Below, piece by piece: positions 29,687-40,918 of a DNA stretch of 64,000 bases. A program made the translations under genes and the position numbers. Source of the DNA: an uncultured Saprospiraceae bacterium. GTDB lineage: Bacteria > Bacteroidota > Bacteroidia > Chitinophagales > Saprospiraceae. Each line of letters starts with the position of its first letter. The stretch's first letter is position 1. The stretch is taken from positions 18,714 through 82,713 of the forward strand of contig CAWIMY010000001.1 in the NCBI GenBank assembly GCA_963837355.1, given 5' to 3'. Under the pieces are notes generated by a model. It worked only from the letters and a program-made list of their open reading frames with translations, did not search any database and was not told where the DNA came from.

Positions 29687-30391
29687 TTAAGTCGGTACCC
29701 GCGCGGTATCCAGCAAGTTAAAAAAGCGCTGGTGGTTGGTATAATCGCCCAGTAAATGAAAATCTCCCAATTTGCCTGTTTGGTAAGCGTGGTTGTCGTG
29801 CTCAATGCCAACAAAAGGCAAACCCATATCCGCACAGCTATGCCGATCCCAAAGCCCGTCCCCAATGTAGACCACGTGTTCAAATTGAGGCACTTGATGC
29901 TGTACCTGCGCGCGATCAATAGCCGTTTGCATCACCTCCTGCCGCGTCAAGGCATCGCTAGCCGTAGCCAAGGGACGATCCCCCACAGCAATACCACCCC
30001 CTCGAAGCTTGACTTGCGCCGACTCTCTCCAACAACCCGTCGCAAAGGCTACTGCCCATTCTGGTGGAAACGCCTCTACAATTGCCCGTGCGCCCTGCAA
30101 GGGCTTAAAATAGGCAGGCTGTGCTTCCAAGGTTGCCGTCAGTTGCGTTACATAATATGTTTTAAAAGCCTGTTCCTCCTGAGAAGTAGGTCGCCGTTCC
30201 AAATAGCGTTCATACAATTCCTTAATAATGCAGCTGTCTGTAAAATGAGTGAACCAATTGGGAATAAATTCCACAAAGTCCGTACTAATAAAGCGCTGTA
30301 CCGCTGCAATAAAGCACGTATGATCCAAGGGATTCGTATGCGTCAACGTCCCATCAATATCAAAAATAGCCAATTTCCTAACCACCATCAA
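29687..30391 (-). CDS. HAD-superfamily hydrolase
   Basis: LAIFDIDGTLTH (DxDGT motif I) and a late GDGLWD motif. Confidence 0.75.
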   Translation of the reverse strand: MMVVRKLAIFDIDGTLTHTNPLDHTCFIAAVQRFISTDFVEFIPNWFTHFTDSCIIKELYERYLERRPTSQEEQAFKTYYVTQLTATLEAQPAYFKPLQGARAIVEAFPPEWAVAFATGCWRESAQVKLRGGGIAVGDRPLATASDALTRQEVMQTAIDRAQVQHQVPQFEHVVYIGDGLWDRHSCADMGLPFVGIEHDNHAYQTGKLGDFHLLGDYTNHQRFFNLLDTARVPT

Positions 30392-30440
30392 AAGAAAAAT
30401 TTACAATCCAAAAAAAAATCCCCATCCCCCGTTCCGTCCT

Positions 30441-30963
30441 GTAGAGACGCATTTCAATGCGTCTCCCCCAAACCAAGGAAAAAAAACAAGGAGAAAAACG
30501 CAAAGACGCATTAAAATGCGTCTCAACAACAGAAAAAAGATACCCGAGGTAAAGACGCATTAAAATGCGTCTCAACAACAGAAAAAAGATACCCAAGGCA
30601 AAGACGCATTAAAATGCGTCTCAACAACAGAAAAAAGATACCCAAGGTAAAGACGCATTAAAATGCGTCTCAACAACAGAAAAAAGATACCCAAGGCAAA
30701 GACGCATTAAAATGCGTCTCAACAACAGAAAAAAGATACCCAAGGTAAAGACGCATTAAAATGCGTCTCAACAACAGAAAAAAGATACCCAAGGTAAAGA
30801 CGCATTAAAATGCGTCTCAACAACAGAAAAAAGACCCAAGGTAAAGACGCATTAAAATGCGTCTCAACAACAGAAAAAAGATACCCAAGGTAAAGACGCA
30901 TTAAAATGCGTCTCAACAACAGAAAAAAGATACCCAAGGCAAAGACGCATTTAAATGCGTCTC
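30441..30963. repeat. tandem array 3: 11 hairpins, mostly at 49-bp period
   Basis: The unit is g(t/c)aaAGACGCATtaaaATGCGTCTcaacaacagaaaaaagatacccaag. The first copy reads GTAGAGACGCATttcaATGCGTCTC. The units are near-identical, so there are no unique spacers. Confidence 0.92.
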
Positions 30964-30987
30964 AACAGCCCCAAAACCAAAGAAAAA

Positions 30988-32532
30988 TCAATACAAATAA
31001 ACCGAAACCGTCAAATAAAACATCGTAAACAACGTCAAACCCAGCAACAAAGGCCCCACAAACTTCAACCACTTATCATAAGTCACATTCACCATCGTGA
31101 GCGATGCTAAAATCAACCCCGTAGGCGTCACAAAAGCCATCAAGCCCATCCCGTATTGGTACGCATCCACCACGATTTCGCGTGGGGCACCCACCACATC
31201 CGCCAAAGGCGCCATCACAGGCATCGATAGCACCGCCATACCCGAAGAAGAAGGAATAAAAAAGGACAAACCCGCGTATAAGAACAGCATGACATTGGCG
31301 AACAGAGCCTTGGGCATCCCCTCGACCAAATTAGACGCATAATACAGCAACGTATCACTAATCAACCCCTCGTCCATCAGCACCGTAACCCCGCGCGCAA
31401 TACCAATAATCAAGGCCACATTGAGCAAATCACTAGCCCCCTTTACAAATTCAGAGACAAAGACCTTTTCGCGAATGCCCGCAACCACACCAATCAAAAT
31501 AGCACCGACAAAAAAGACCGTAGTCATTTCCAAAAACCACCAACCAAAGCCCGAGACCCCTGCAATCATCACCCCAAAACAGGCGACAAACAGAAACAAC
31601 ACCAATTTAATACGAGTCGTAAAAGGCGGTGCTTTGCTGGCATCCAACGTACTAAATTCCGCTTCGATGGCTTCTTTTTGAGCAAAAATGAGGGAGCTGG
31701 AAGGATCACGGCGCACCCGTTCGGCATAGCGAATGATGTACCACAAGCAAATAATCAAGCCCAAAGCCAGCATCAGCAAGCGCCCATACAAGCCACTCGT
31801 CCAGTTGATGCCCGCCGCATTGGAGCCAATAATCGCACTAAACGGATTGACCGTAGAGGCCATCGTCCCCATCGCCGAGCCGATGTAAATCGTCGCCAGT
31901 GCCACCATCGCATCATAGCGCGCCGCCAAAAAAACAGGCACTAAGATCGGGTAAAAAGCAATCGTCTCTTCCGCCAAACCAAAAGTTGTTCCGCCTGCCG
32001 CAATCGAACAAGCAATGATAACAATTAGCCACGTTTCTCGTCCCCGCAGGCGTTTGGCCAAGCGCGCCACACCCGCATCAAAAGCACCCGTATGGTTGAC
32101 AATGCCAATAAAACCACCAATAATCAAGACAAATAAAATGACATCAATAGCCTGCGTAACCCCTTTGAGGGGCGATTGAATAAAAGCCCAAAACCCTTGC
32201 GGTTGGTTGGGTAAGGTATGGTAACTGCCAGGAATGCCAACAGGTTTCCAAATATCGCCATTGGTGAATTTTTCTAAGCTAATTTTCATGCCCAGCTGTT
32301 CCAAGGTCGCTTGGGTAGCGGGAAATTCTTGATCGCCCTCTTGGCGGTGGTGGATAAAAACAGCAGGTTGGTCGCCCGAAGCCGCGCGGTATTCCAACTG
32401 CTCATACTTGCCCGCAGGAATCAACCAAGTCAAAATGGCGACAAAAGCCGCAATAATTAGCAGTACCGTGTGGGAGCTTGGAAAACTTAGGCCTTTTTTG
32501 GTAGGCGCATCTAGTGGGGATGGGGTTATCAT
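30988..32532 (-). CDS. YfcC/DcuC-type polytopic transporter
   Basis: 514 aa with more than 10 TM segments. The N-terminal TWLIPAGKYE and overall pattern resemble the YfcC family, assigned from memory. Confidence 0.6.
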   Translation of the reverse strand: MITPSPLDAPTKKGLSFPSSHTVLLIIAAFVAILTWLIPAGKYEQLEYRAASGDQPAVFIHHRQEGDQEFPATQATLEQLGMKISLEKFTNGDIWKPVGIPGSYHTLPNQPQGFWAFIQSPLKGVTQAIDVILFVLIIGGFIGIVNHTGAFDAGVARLAKRLRGRETWLIVIIACSIAAGGTTFGLAEETIAFYPILVPVFLAARYDAMVALATIYIGSAMGTMASTVNPFSAIIGSNAAGINWTSGLYGRLLMLALGLIICLWYIIRYAERVRRDPSSSLIFAQKEAIEAEFSTLDASKAPPFTTRIKLVLFLFVACFGVMIAGVSGFGWWFLEMTTVFFVGAILIGVVAGIREKVFVSEFVKGASDLLNVALIIGIARGVTVLMDEGLISDTLLYYASNLVEGMPKALFANVMLFLYAGLSFFIPSSSGMAVLSMPVMAPLADVVGAPREIVVDAYQYGMGLMAFVTPTGLILASLTMVNVTYDKWLKFVGPLLLGLTLFTMFYLTVSVYLY

Positions 32533-32580
32533 AGCAATAATAATGTAGGGGTAAAGGAATAAGGGAGGAGAAAAATAAAT

Positions 32581-35077
32581 TTACAACGAAATATCGACAC
32601 CGATCAACCCGCCAAACTGCCACTGTCGATCCTCCGAGTAACCCGCTAAGAAATCAACGCGCAAAAAGCGAAACACACCCCAGCCGATGCTGGTCCAAAC
32701 CGATGTTAAATTCTTGATAGAAAAATTCCTCTTGAGGCAAATACAAATTGCGGTAACCCGCCACAAATTCAAAACCTAGAACTTTGAGTCCAGGAATTTT
32801 ATTCCATAGAAAGCCATTAAAATCGTGCTCTATGGCACCAATGACAAAGGCTTCTTGCGTACTGTATTGATAATAAGGGAGGAGCTGAAACGTCGATAAA
32901 TAAGCACCATTTTTGGCGATAAAGGTTTGATTGCCATCAAAATGCTGATAGTCCATAAAATAAACTGAGCGGTTATTGACAAACCAACCGCCCGTGATTT
33001 TGAAACTAAAATCTCCTGTTTGACCAAGTTGGAGCCCACGCTTTTCCAAGGTCGCTTCTAAATAATCGTAATCTGTTTGACTGCCCAATAAATCGAGGCC
33101 CTTGCGGTAACGCAACCATAAATCGGGATATTTGGATCCCGTATGAAAACGCTGGTGGGGATAAGTGACGTACTTTTCGCCCAAGCGAATGCGCAAACCA
33201 ACCTCGGCAATCCAATAGCGATGGCTAGGAAAGCTGGGCAATTCGGGGTCGTTTCTAAAACCCCCTTGCCCGCGATCGAGTGGATGATTGGTAAAATACT
33301 CGCGGGAATTCTTAGGCACCCAAGACGCATCTGTATTGTTAATCAAAGCACGGCGTTGCCCGTAGCGGGTGCCCGCTACAAACAGCAAACCCGTTGTCAG
33401 ACGTTGGCGATAAAAAATTCGTCCATATACGTCATCGTACAACTTCATGTAGTTGCGCTTGCCTAACAAACTGTAATAGGTATTGAGCAAACTAGAAATG
33501 GGTTCGCGGCTGTTAAATTGGCGTGTTCTTCGACCTCCTTCTACGCGAATAAAAGCATCATTGATTTCGTTGAAGCGCATTTCAAAATAGCCCGTGCCCC
33601 GTAGTTGTTTATCGGCCAAGGAATACTCGCCGTCGGCTCCAAAGTGGTACCAAAACCGCTTTTTCCTATTGGCATCCTTCGTGAATTCGGCTCCCAAGCC
33701 AATAATTTGCCCTTGTACCGTATTAAAAAACAAGGTAGAAATAGGTGATTTGATCGTCCAGCGGTAGCCGCGATAGCTATTTTGGTGGGTATAACCGCTA
33801 AGAAAGTTGGTTAATTTAGGGCGATTTGAAACGCGGTCTATCGAATCTTGATAGCTTCTGCTCGACCATATTTTTTGCAAACTGTCTTTGACATTGTACT
33901 CGCGGGTTTCTTGGGTAGAAAGGGGAACAGGGCGAATAGAATCCCAAAATGCTTCTAGTTTTTCGTTGGCCGAATCTTCTACTTTGAAAATCTCCGCATC
34001 AAAAAAGCCCCGTGGAAAATTAGGGTAGACATTATAAGCACTAAAAACACCAACAAAATTACCTTGGGTTTTGATCGCCATAATTTTGAGGCTAAAATCA
34101 ATATCCTGCGAAAAAAGCCGCCATGTGCCATCTTCCAATTGTAAATGGGTTTGTCTAAAGATCACGGTATCCAAAACAGAGACATTGATAGCGGCTCCTG
34201 TGGTTAATAAATCGGTGCTGTGAATCGCCCATTCTTGATCTACAATATAAATATAGCCACTTACGGCACCCGCCAATTTGTTCTTAGGCAAGACCTCAAT
34301 TTTGTAAACCAAGTGTCCTCGGTCATCATAAAACGAAGTCTCTAGCCGATAGCGATAGGTGCCTAACGCGCTGTTAGCAATAGGGGATAAAATAGGCTTG
34401 CCGCCCAATTCTAGAACATTTTCATAAAAAGACAAGCGCAGCATCACCGCCCCTGAATTAAAACTAAAACCATTGTCATCGCCGCTCACTTTGGACGAAG
34501 ACATCACTTCTTTAATTTCTCCCTTTTGATAATAAATATCCGAGACCGATTCGGACAAATAAACAATACCCGAACCCGTAGAGTCCAAGCCTTGGGAGAG
34601 TCCCTCTAGAGAAATACCCATGAAGGATTCAGGTAAATTCTTGACAGACTGCCTTCCTTTCATATAGCTTTTGCATTGAAATTCAGGGGCTTGGTTTTTG
34701 TAGAAATTGCGTTTGCGAATGGCCTTTCGGATAATGCGGTAAGCAGGATCTTCGCCTGCCGTTACGACAATTTCCTGAATGGATTCCGCCACCAATTCCA
34801 AGACCACATCCAACGTTTGATCCTCCGCGCCCATAGTCACGGTTTTTCTTTGCGATTGGTACCCAATGTACTGAAACACCAATTCATGTTCTCCCGCTTC
34901 CAACGAAAGGGCATACGCGCCGTCCATATTCGTCGTGGTACCTATCGTTGTTCCCCGCAAATAAACGCTGGCAAACGCCAAGGGTTGGCCTTGAGCATCC
35001 AATAAGGTGCCGCGCAAAAAAGCTGCAAAACTAGGCGTAGTTAGCAGCAGCAAAAACAAGAGCAAAAGGTTTCTCAT
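32581..35077 (-). CDS. CarboxypepD_reg + DUF5686-type outer-membrane protein, frame break near the 3' end
   Basis: Signal peptide plus LRGTLLDAQGQPLAFASVYLRGTTIGTTTNMDGAYAL (carboxypeptidase-regulatory-like fold). The sensible C-terminus SIGWGVFRFLRVDFLAGYSEDRQWQFGGLIGVDISL lies in another frame (32581..32700). The break is near 32695..32700. Confidence 0.7.
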
Positions 35078-35189
35078 GAAACAAAATTTATAGTGAGTGG
35101 ACGCTTAGAAAGCTATCAATCGAGAAGATACAAATAAAATACAGCAAATACCTGCTTTTAGTTTTCAGGCTTACCGCCCCCTAAAAAGC

Positions 35190-36479
35190 CTACAACACTT
35201 CTGCTACCACAAAAATACTCCCTCCAACAAACACCACATCTGCCGCATCTGCCGCCGCTTGTGCCGCTGCAAAGGCCTCCGCTACGGAAGCATACGCTTC
35301 TCCCTGTAAGCCGTGCGCAGCCGCTTGCTGCTGCAAAAGTTTTGCCTCTAAGCCCCGAGGAATCGCCGCTTTACAGAAATAATACGTCGCCTCCGAGGGC
35401 AAAATAGGCCACAGTTTAGACCAATCTTTATCGTTTACCGTCCCAAAAACGACGTGCAAGCGCGGGGCGGCAAGTTGGTGCAGGGCATCCACCACATAAC
35501 GGAGTCCATCTACATTGTGCGCCGAATCACAGATCGTCAGCGGCCGTTGTCCCAAGATTTGCCAGCGTCCCATAAGGCCACTGATTTTTTGTACGTTAGC
35601 GCAAGCGGTAACAATAACTTGATCGGTAATAGGATAACCTAAATCGCGCAATAACGAGATTGATAAAAGGGCAGTTTTTAGATTGTGTTGTTGATAACTG
35701 CCTTGTAAATCAAGGGCAAGAGTAGGGAAGTCCAAGTGATGAGCCGCGCTAAACACGCGATAAAGGTGTTGTGTCGCTTTGGTGGCTTTCAACTCTACCG
35801 TTACCACTTGATCGGCGAAAAGAATAGGCGCTTGTTCCTGTGTCGCTTTTTTTAAGAAAACAGGGATCGTTTCGGGGTGGCTTTCGCCAATAACAACGGG
35901 GATGTTTTTCTTGATAATGCCTGCCTTTTCAGCAGCAATGAGGTCAAGAGTAGCGCCGAGCTGTGCCTCATGGTCGTAACCAATATTAGTAATAACGGAA
36001 AGTAGAGGAGTAATAACATTGGTAGAATCGAGTCGCCCACCCAAGCCCGTTTCAATTAAGGCCACATCAACTTGGTGGCGGTTGAAATGGTCAAAAGCCA
36101 ACGCCACCGTCATTTCAAAAAAAGAAGGCTGCACTTGGTCAAACAGCGTTTTGTGTTGCGCCACAAAATCGACCACCTCTTGCTGCTCGATGTACACGCC
36201 GTTGATTTTGACCCGTTCTCTAAAATCTTTGTAGTGGGGCGAGCTGTAAACCCCTACGCGATAGCCCGCTTGTTGCAAAATGGCCGCTAAAATATGAGTA
36301 GTAGACCCTTTACCATTGGTTCCAGCAATATGTACACTGTTAAAACCGCGTTCAGGGTTGCCCAAGGCGGCGCAGAGCGCTTTAATATTGGTCAAATCTT
36401 TTTTGAACGCTTGGTTGCCAATCCGCTGAAACATGGGCAATTGCTGAAATAAATACGCTAGTGTTGCTTCGTAATCCAT
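35190..36479 (-). CDS. folC: bifunctional folylpolyglutamate synthase/dihydrofolate synthase
   Basis: HIAGTNGKGST P-loop and Mur-ligase-like organisation; 429 aa. Confidence 0.85.
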   Translation of the reverse strand: MDYEATLAYLFQQLPMFQRIGNQAFKKDLTNIKALCAALGNPERGFNSVHIAGTNGKGSTTHILAAILQQAGYRVGVYSSPHYKDFRERVKINGVYIEQQEVVDFVAQHKTLFDQVQPSFFEMTVALAFDHFNRHQVDVALIETGLGGRLDSTNVITPLLSVITNIGYDHEAQLGATLDLIAAEKAGIIKKNIPVVIGESHPETIPVFLKKATQEQAPILFADQVVTVELKATKATQHLYRVFSAAHHLDFPTLALDLQGSYQQHNLKTALLSISLLRDLGYPITDQVIVTACANVQKISGLMGRWQILGQRPLTICDSAHNVDGLRYVVDALHQLAAPRLHVVFGTVNDKDWSKLWPILPSEATYYFCKAAIPRGLEAKLLQQQAAAHGLQGEAYASVAEAFAAAQAAADAADVVFVGGSIFVVAEVL

Positions 36480-36576
36480 AGAGTAATAAACGCTGGTTTT
36501 ATTGATAGCAGGAACGCGACATAGTCAACCTATTTCCTGCTTTTTTAAGCAAAAAGGGGGGTCAAATTAAGAAGAA

Positions 36577-37926
36577 TTAAGGTATTTTTGCCCATTCCAA
36601 GCGCAGGATGGCGCGGCTATCTGGGGTCGCTCTGTAGCGCTCATCCGCCCGCTGTCCCACTACCCAAACCATCTCATTTTGGGCCGTGGTGAGCAACCAA
36701 GTTTCGTCTTTTTCAAAGACATTTAATTTTAAATCCTTATAAAACTTGCTCAGTTTTTTCTTCTTACCGTTCATGCCCGCAGGATAGAAAAATTCTCCTC
36801 CTTTCCAATGTGATAAGTAGAGGGTAGTGGGGACGTTGTCCACATCGAGGTAAGCGAATTGTGGTTGTCGCTCCAAAATAGGCGCTGTAGCGGGCAGCAC
36901 TTGCCAACTCAATATTCCCTTGCCCATAGAAAGCTGCCCTGCTTCCGCATGGCGTTCTAACGTAAACTGTGTTGGGGTGCTAGGGTCGGGCAGGGCTTGT
37001 ACGATCCAATGGTCGCGATTTTTGAGCAAGACATGGGTTTTGCTGTGGTACAGTTCGCCCGATTCTTGGGAGCGAGAGCGGTAAATGTAGTTGATCTTTT
37101 GTGGTTTAAAATTATAGGGCAAGAGCAACTCGTAGAGTAAACTATCGGGGGAAGGCGAATGGACAACGCCCTCAATATTGATCCAAAAGCGCCCTTCTTT
37201 TTCTTGGGTAATTTCTTTTTTGAGCTGCTTAATGGCATACAAGTAGAGCTTTTCGGTTTCCCTAAAATGCTGGATATTTTGAGCGAAGGTCGCTTCTAAG
37301 GTTGGATTGAGTTGGTGCAGGGCGGGGAGCACTTGATGGCGTAAGGCATTGCGTGCATATGTTGTACTGGCATTGGAGCTGTCCTCGCGGTAGACAATGG
37401 CTTGTTCTTCGGCATAGGTTTCCAACCCTGTCCGCGTCGCAAACAACAAGGGTCGAATGACCTTTCCGTTTCTAGGATAAATACCGTGCAAGCCGCGAAT
37501 TCCACAGCCCATTGTCAAGTTTAGCAAAACCGTTTCGATAGCGTCATTTTGGTGGTGCGCCACCCCGATAGCCGCATAACCTTCTTGCGCGCGAATCTCT
37601 TCTAGCCACTGGTAACGCAGCACCCGCGCCGCCATTTGTATGCTCTGTCCTTTTTCTTCGGCAAGGCGTTCGGTCTCGAACCGTACACTATAAAACGGCA
37701 AATCCAACGCTTCTGCTGTCGCTTGGACAAAAGCCGCATCGTTGTCGGATTCTTCTCCGCGCAACTGAAAGTTACAATGCGCGATGCCTACCTTGATGCG
37801 CGCGCGTTGGCAGAGCTGTAATAAGGTCATCGAATCTAAGCCTCCGCTCACTGCTAGCAATAAGCGGTCGCGGGAAAGACGCAATAGGGATTCGTTTTGT
37901 ATAAACGTGATGAATTCGGATAGCAT
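36577..37926 (-). CDS. tilS: tRNA(Ile)-lysidine synthetase
   Basis: PP-loop LLLAVSGGLDSMTLL; 449 aa with a TilS-type C-terminal extension. Confidence 0.85.
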   Translation of the reverse strand: MLSEFITFIQNESLLRLSRDRLLLAVSGGLDSMTLLQLCQRARIKVGIAHCNFQLRGEESDNDAAFVQATAEALDLPFYSVRFETERLAEEKGQSIQMAARVLRYQWLEEIRAQEGYAAIGVAHHQNDAIETVLLNLTMGCGIRGLHGIYPRNGKVIRPLLFATRTGLETYAEEQAIVYREDSSNASTTYARNALRHQVLPALHQLNPTLEATFAQNIQHFRETEKLYLYAIKQLKKEITQEKEGRFWINIEGVVHSPSPDSLLYELLLPYNFKPQKINYIYRSRSQESGELYHSKTHVLLKNRDHWIVQALPDPSTPTQFTLERHAEAGQLSMGKGILSWQVLPATAPILERQPQFAYLDVDNVPTTLYLSHWKGGEFFYPAGMNGKKKKLSKFYKDLKLNVFEKDETWLLTTAQNEMVWVVGQRADERYRATPDSRAILRLEWAKIP

Positions 37927-38004
37927 GTCTCAATGATTTGCGGTAGGGAATAGGGCACTTATAAATGAATAATTAGCCCTCGCCACAAAGTACAAAAAGC
38001 CCTT

Positions 38005-39276
38005 CTAAAATTGTACTTCCGTATTCGGCAATAATGTCCGCAGGGCAAGGATTTGTTCTTTGGAGAGTGGATTCTTAGACAGGTATAAGCCCACTAATTG
38101 TTGCAGGGCTTGCAGGCTGTCAGGCAGTGTGGACAACTTATTAGAAGGGATTTCCAATAGGCGCAACGCTTTCAATTGCCCTATACTTTCGGGCAAGCTT
38201 GTGATGTTGTTGTTTTGTAAGTGCAAGGCTTGCAGGCGAGAGAGCTGGCCAATGCTTTCGGGCAGGGCAGTGAGTTGGTTGTCTTCTATTTTTAAAAGCT
38301 CTAGCTGTTGTAGTTGTCCTATGCTTTCGGGCAAACGGCTGAGTTGGCCACCTTTGCAATACAGTTGTTTGAGGCCGCTCATTTGCCCAAAGCTTTCAGG
38401 CAACGTGCTAAGGCTAGTTTGGTGCAAAAACAATTCTTGCAAACCTTGGTGTTGGGTGATGGCTGTTGGTAAGGCCGTCATTTTGGCGCGGCTCAAGTCG
38501 AGGCGGCGCAAGGCGACCAATTGCGTGAAGCTACTGGGTAAATTGTCTATAGACAAACCGCTCCAATCCAAGACGAATAAGCGGGGCAACGGTATAAGCC
38601 AGGGCAATAGTGCGGCGGGTTGTAAGCGCGTATCACCTAAGTATAATTCTTCTAGCGTAACTAATTGTTCTACGCTTGGAGGTAACTCGCTGATGGGATT
38701 GCCCGCTACGTTCAGTTTCCAAAGGGCAGGTAGAGCACCCAAATTTTCGGGCAGTTGTCTAATGCCATTGTACGCCGCCTCTAAAATTTGCAATTCGGGT
38801 AAGGTCGTCAAGACCTCAGGCAAGGCACTAATTTTATTGTCACTCAATTCTAGCAACTTGAGGTTGACCAAGCGCTCCATTCCTCTTGGCAAGGCTGTAA
38901 TATTATTATATCGTAAATAAAGCTCTTCTAAATTTTTGAGTTTGTTGAAGCTACGCGGCAAGCTGTTGAGTTGATTTTTATTGGCGCGCAAAATTTGCAG
39001 ATTGGTGCATTTGCCCAAGCCTTCGGGTAGCTCGCTGAGTTCGTTGCCATCTAAATAGAGCAACTGAAGTTTTTCTAATTTCTGAATATCTTTCAGCTCT
39101 GTTAGACCTTGTGCGCGCAGATCTAAGATGTAGACAAAGTCGGGATTGGCCAGCGCCTCGTCCAAATTGTTATAGGTTCGCGTTTGCGCCAGCTCCTCGG
39201 CACTTAGCAAGTACTGAGCAGACACAGCAGGGGGTGAAAAACTGAATAATAATAATAAAGCGTATAAAGGGCGCAT
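38005..39276 (-). CDS. secreted leucine-rich repeat protein
   Basis: ATG 39276 gives the signal peptide MRPLYALLLLFSFSPPAVSAQ. About 15 repeats of the 23-aa LxxLPxSIGQLxxLxxLxLxxNx type follow. Confidence 0.8.
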   Translation of the reverse strand: MRPLYALLLLFSFSPPAVSAQYLLSAEELAQTRTYNNLDEALANPDFVYILDLRAQGLTELKDIQKLEKLQLLYLDGNELSELPEGLGKCTNLQILRANKNQLNSLPRSFNKLKNLEELYLRYNNITALPRGMERLVNLKLLELSDNKISALPEVLTTLPELQILEAAYNGIRQLPENLGALPALWKLNVAGNPISELPPSVEQLVTLEELYLGDTRLQPAALLPWLIPLPRLFVLDWSGLSIDNLPSSFTQLVALRRLDLSRAKMTALPTAITQHQGLQELFLHQTSLSTLPESFGQMSGLKQLYCKGGQLSRLPESIGQLQQLELLKIEDNQLTALPESIGQLSRLQALHLQNNNITSLPESIGQLKALRLLEIPSNKLSTLPDSLQALQQLVGLYLSKNPLSKEQILALRTLLPNTEVQF

Positions 39277-39566
39277 ATAGTCGCGTTTTCTGAACGGCAA
39301 AAAAAAGAGGTTGTTCCCAACAACACTAAAGTGTCTTGTAGGAGGATGCTCTTTTATAATTCTAATAATTGTTCCAAATTGCAAAGGGAAGATGGGTGAG
39401 GGATATAAATGTAATAAAAAAGACGAAAACAACCCGTTTTTGACGCAGGCAATAGCTACAAAAATATTGCCTAGAACGAGCTAGAGAACAATAAAAGGGA
39501 AGGGCGCTGACTTTTGCAGTAGATTTCGCTACTTTTGTGCTTGAATCTCAACAACGATCAACAACA

Positions 39567-40520
39567 ATGAACAAACAATTTGCTCAAGATATTGCCCAAG
39601 GATTAAGCGCGGCGCAGAAATACATTCCCTGTCAATACTTTTATGACGAACGTGGGTCTTGGCTGTTTCAGCAGATCATGCAACTGCCCGAATATTACCT
39701 CACTGCTTGCGAAACCGATATTTTAGAACGCCGCAGCGACGATTTGCTTCAAGCCTTTCAGGCGAACAAGCGCTCTTTTAACCTCATTGATTTGGGGGCA
39801 GGCGATGCCACCAAAACCAAAACACTCTTGCGGGCTTTTGTCCAAAAGGAAGTTGATTTTTCTTACACGCCTGTTGATTTGTCTACGTCTATTTTATCGG
39901 CGCTGTCAGAGAGTTTGGATGCTGTGTACGACGAACAGTTGCGTTATAAAGCCATGAACGCAGATTATTGGGAGGCGATGGAGCAACTAAAAGTTGCTTC
40001 TAGTGATAATACTCGTAAAGTCGTCCTCTTTTTGGGAGCGAACATTGGTAATTTTTCCCCACAAGAGAGCATCAACTTTCTAACCAAGCTCAAAAGTTAC
40101 CTCAATAAAGGCGATTTGGTATTGGTTGGATTTGATTTGAAAAAACGCCCAGAGATTATTTACAATGCTTATTTGGATACCAAAGGCATTACGGCCGCGT
40201 TCAACCTCAATTTATTACACCGTATCAACCGTGAATTAGGGGGCTGTTTTAAGCCTAATTATTTTCGTTTTTATCCTTCTTATAATCCTCAAACAGGGGT
40301 GCTAAGTAGCCATTTGGTAGCGCAGAAGGAACAGACCGTACGGATTGAAAGCCTAGGCATAGAGGTGCATTTTGAGCAGTGGGAGGCCATTCATACCGAG
40401 ATTTCAACGAAACATAACCGCCAAGATATTGAAGCGTTAGCGAGTGCCGCAGGCTATCAAGTACGCGAATACTTGCTCGACAGCAAAGCATACTTTGTAG
40501 ATGCCTTGTTAGAGGTATAA
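39567..40520 (+). CDS. EgtD-like SAM-dependent histidine N-alpha-methyltransferase family protein
   Basis: IPCQYFYDERGSWLFQQIMQLPEYYLTACETDIL and DLGAGDATKT resemble the EgtD/Methyltransf_33 family. Confidence 0.6.
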   Translation: MNKQFAQDIAQGLSAAQKYIPCQYFYDERGSWLFQQIMQLPEYYLTACETDILERRSDDLLQAFQANKRSFNLIDLGAGDATKTKTLLRAFVQKEVDFSYTPVDLSTSILSALSESLDAVYDEQLRYKAMNADYWEAMEQLKVASSDNTRKVVLFLGANIGNFSPQESINFLTKLKSYLNKGDLVLVGFDLKKRPEIIYNAYLDTKGITAAFNLNLLHRINRELGGCFKPNYFRFYPSYNPQTGVLSSHLVAQKEQTVRIESLGIEVHFEQWEAIHTEISTKHNRQDIEALASAAGYQVREYLLDSKAYFVDALLEV

Positions 40521-40918
40521 GCAAGGTGGCGCGTTAATAAGAAGTCGTTAAAAGGCGGCTCCAATTTATAAAGCGGCGTTAAAGTTCTGTGTTAATAAGA
40601 AACTTTGTTTTTTAGACCGTCACAAAAGTGTTACTTTGTTAATAAAGACAAAACAAAGGCTATCTTTTGTAGAAGCCTTTAGTTTTTCTACCTTTGTATG
40701 TCGCTCAAAAATGGCTTGCATTTTATCTATAATGCAGTTTGTTTCTTATAAAAAAGTAGACGATTAAAAGTAATTACACCATGAAAAATGGAATATTTTT
40801 TAGAAGGAAAACTTTTAAGTCACGTTGCTCCTGAGCGCTATGTTTTTAGTTAGGAGACTACTAAGAGCCGAATGTTATTCTAATAGCCTATTTCTACCCT
40901 TATAATTTAATTATTCAA

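Noticed and set aside
30441-30963. CRISPR array interpretation of the three hairpin arrays (also 12069..12320 and 13950..14215)
   Set aside because: The entire unit repeats near-identically, including what would be the spacer, so there are no unique spacers. No cas genes or leader were seen. Periods of 42-65 bp come from one repeated unit, not from repeat plus variable spacer.
38060-38920. 286-aa plus-strand ORF antisense to the LRR gene, and the 252-aa ORF 29756..30514 antisense to the HAD gene
   Set aside because: The opposite-strand genes have clear family signatures (LRR periodicity, HAD DxDGT). The antisense translations are Cys/Ser/Lys-rich, low-complexity and motif-less. 29756..30514 also runs into the repeat array.
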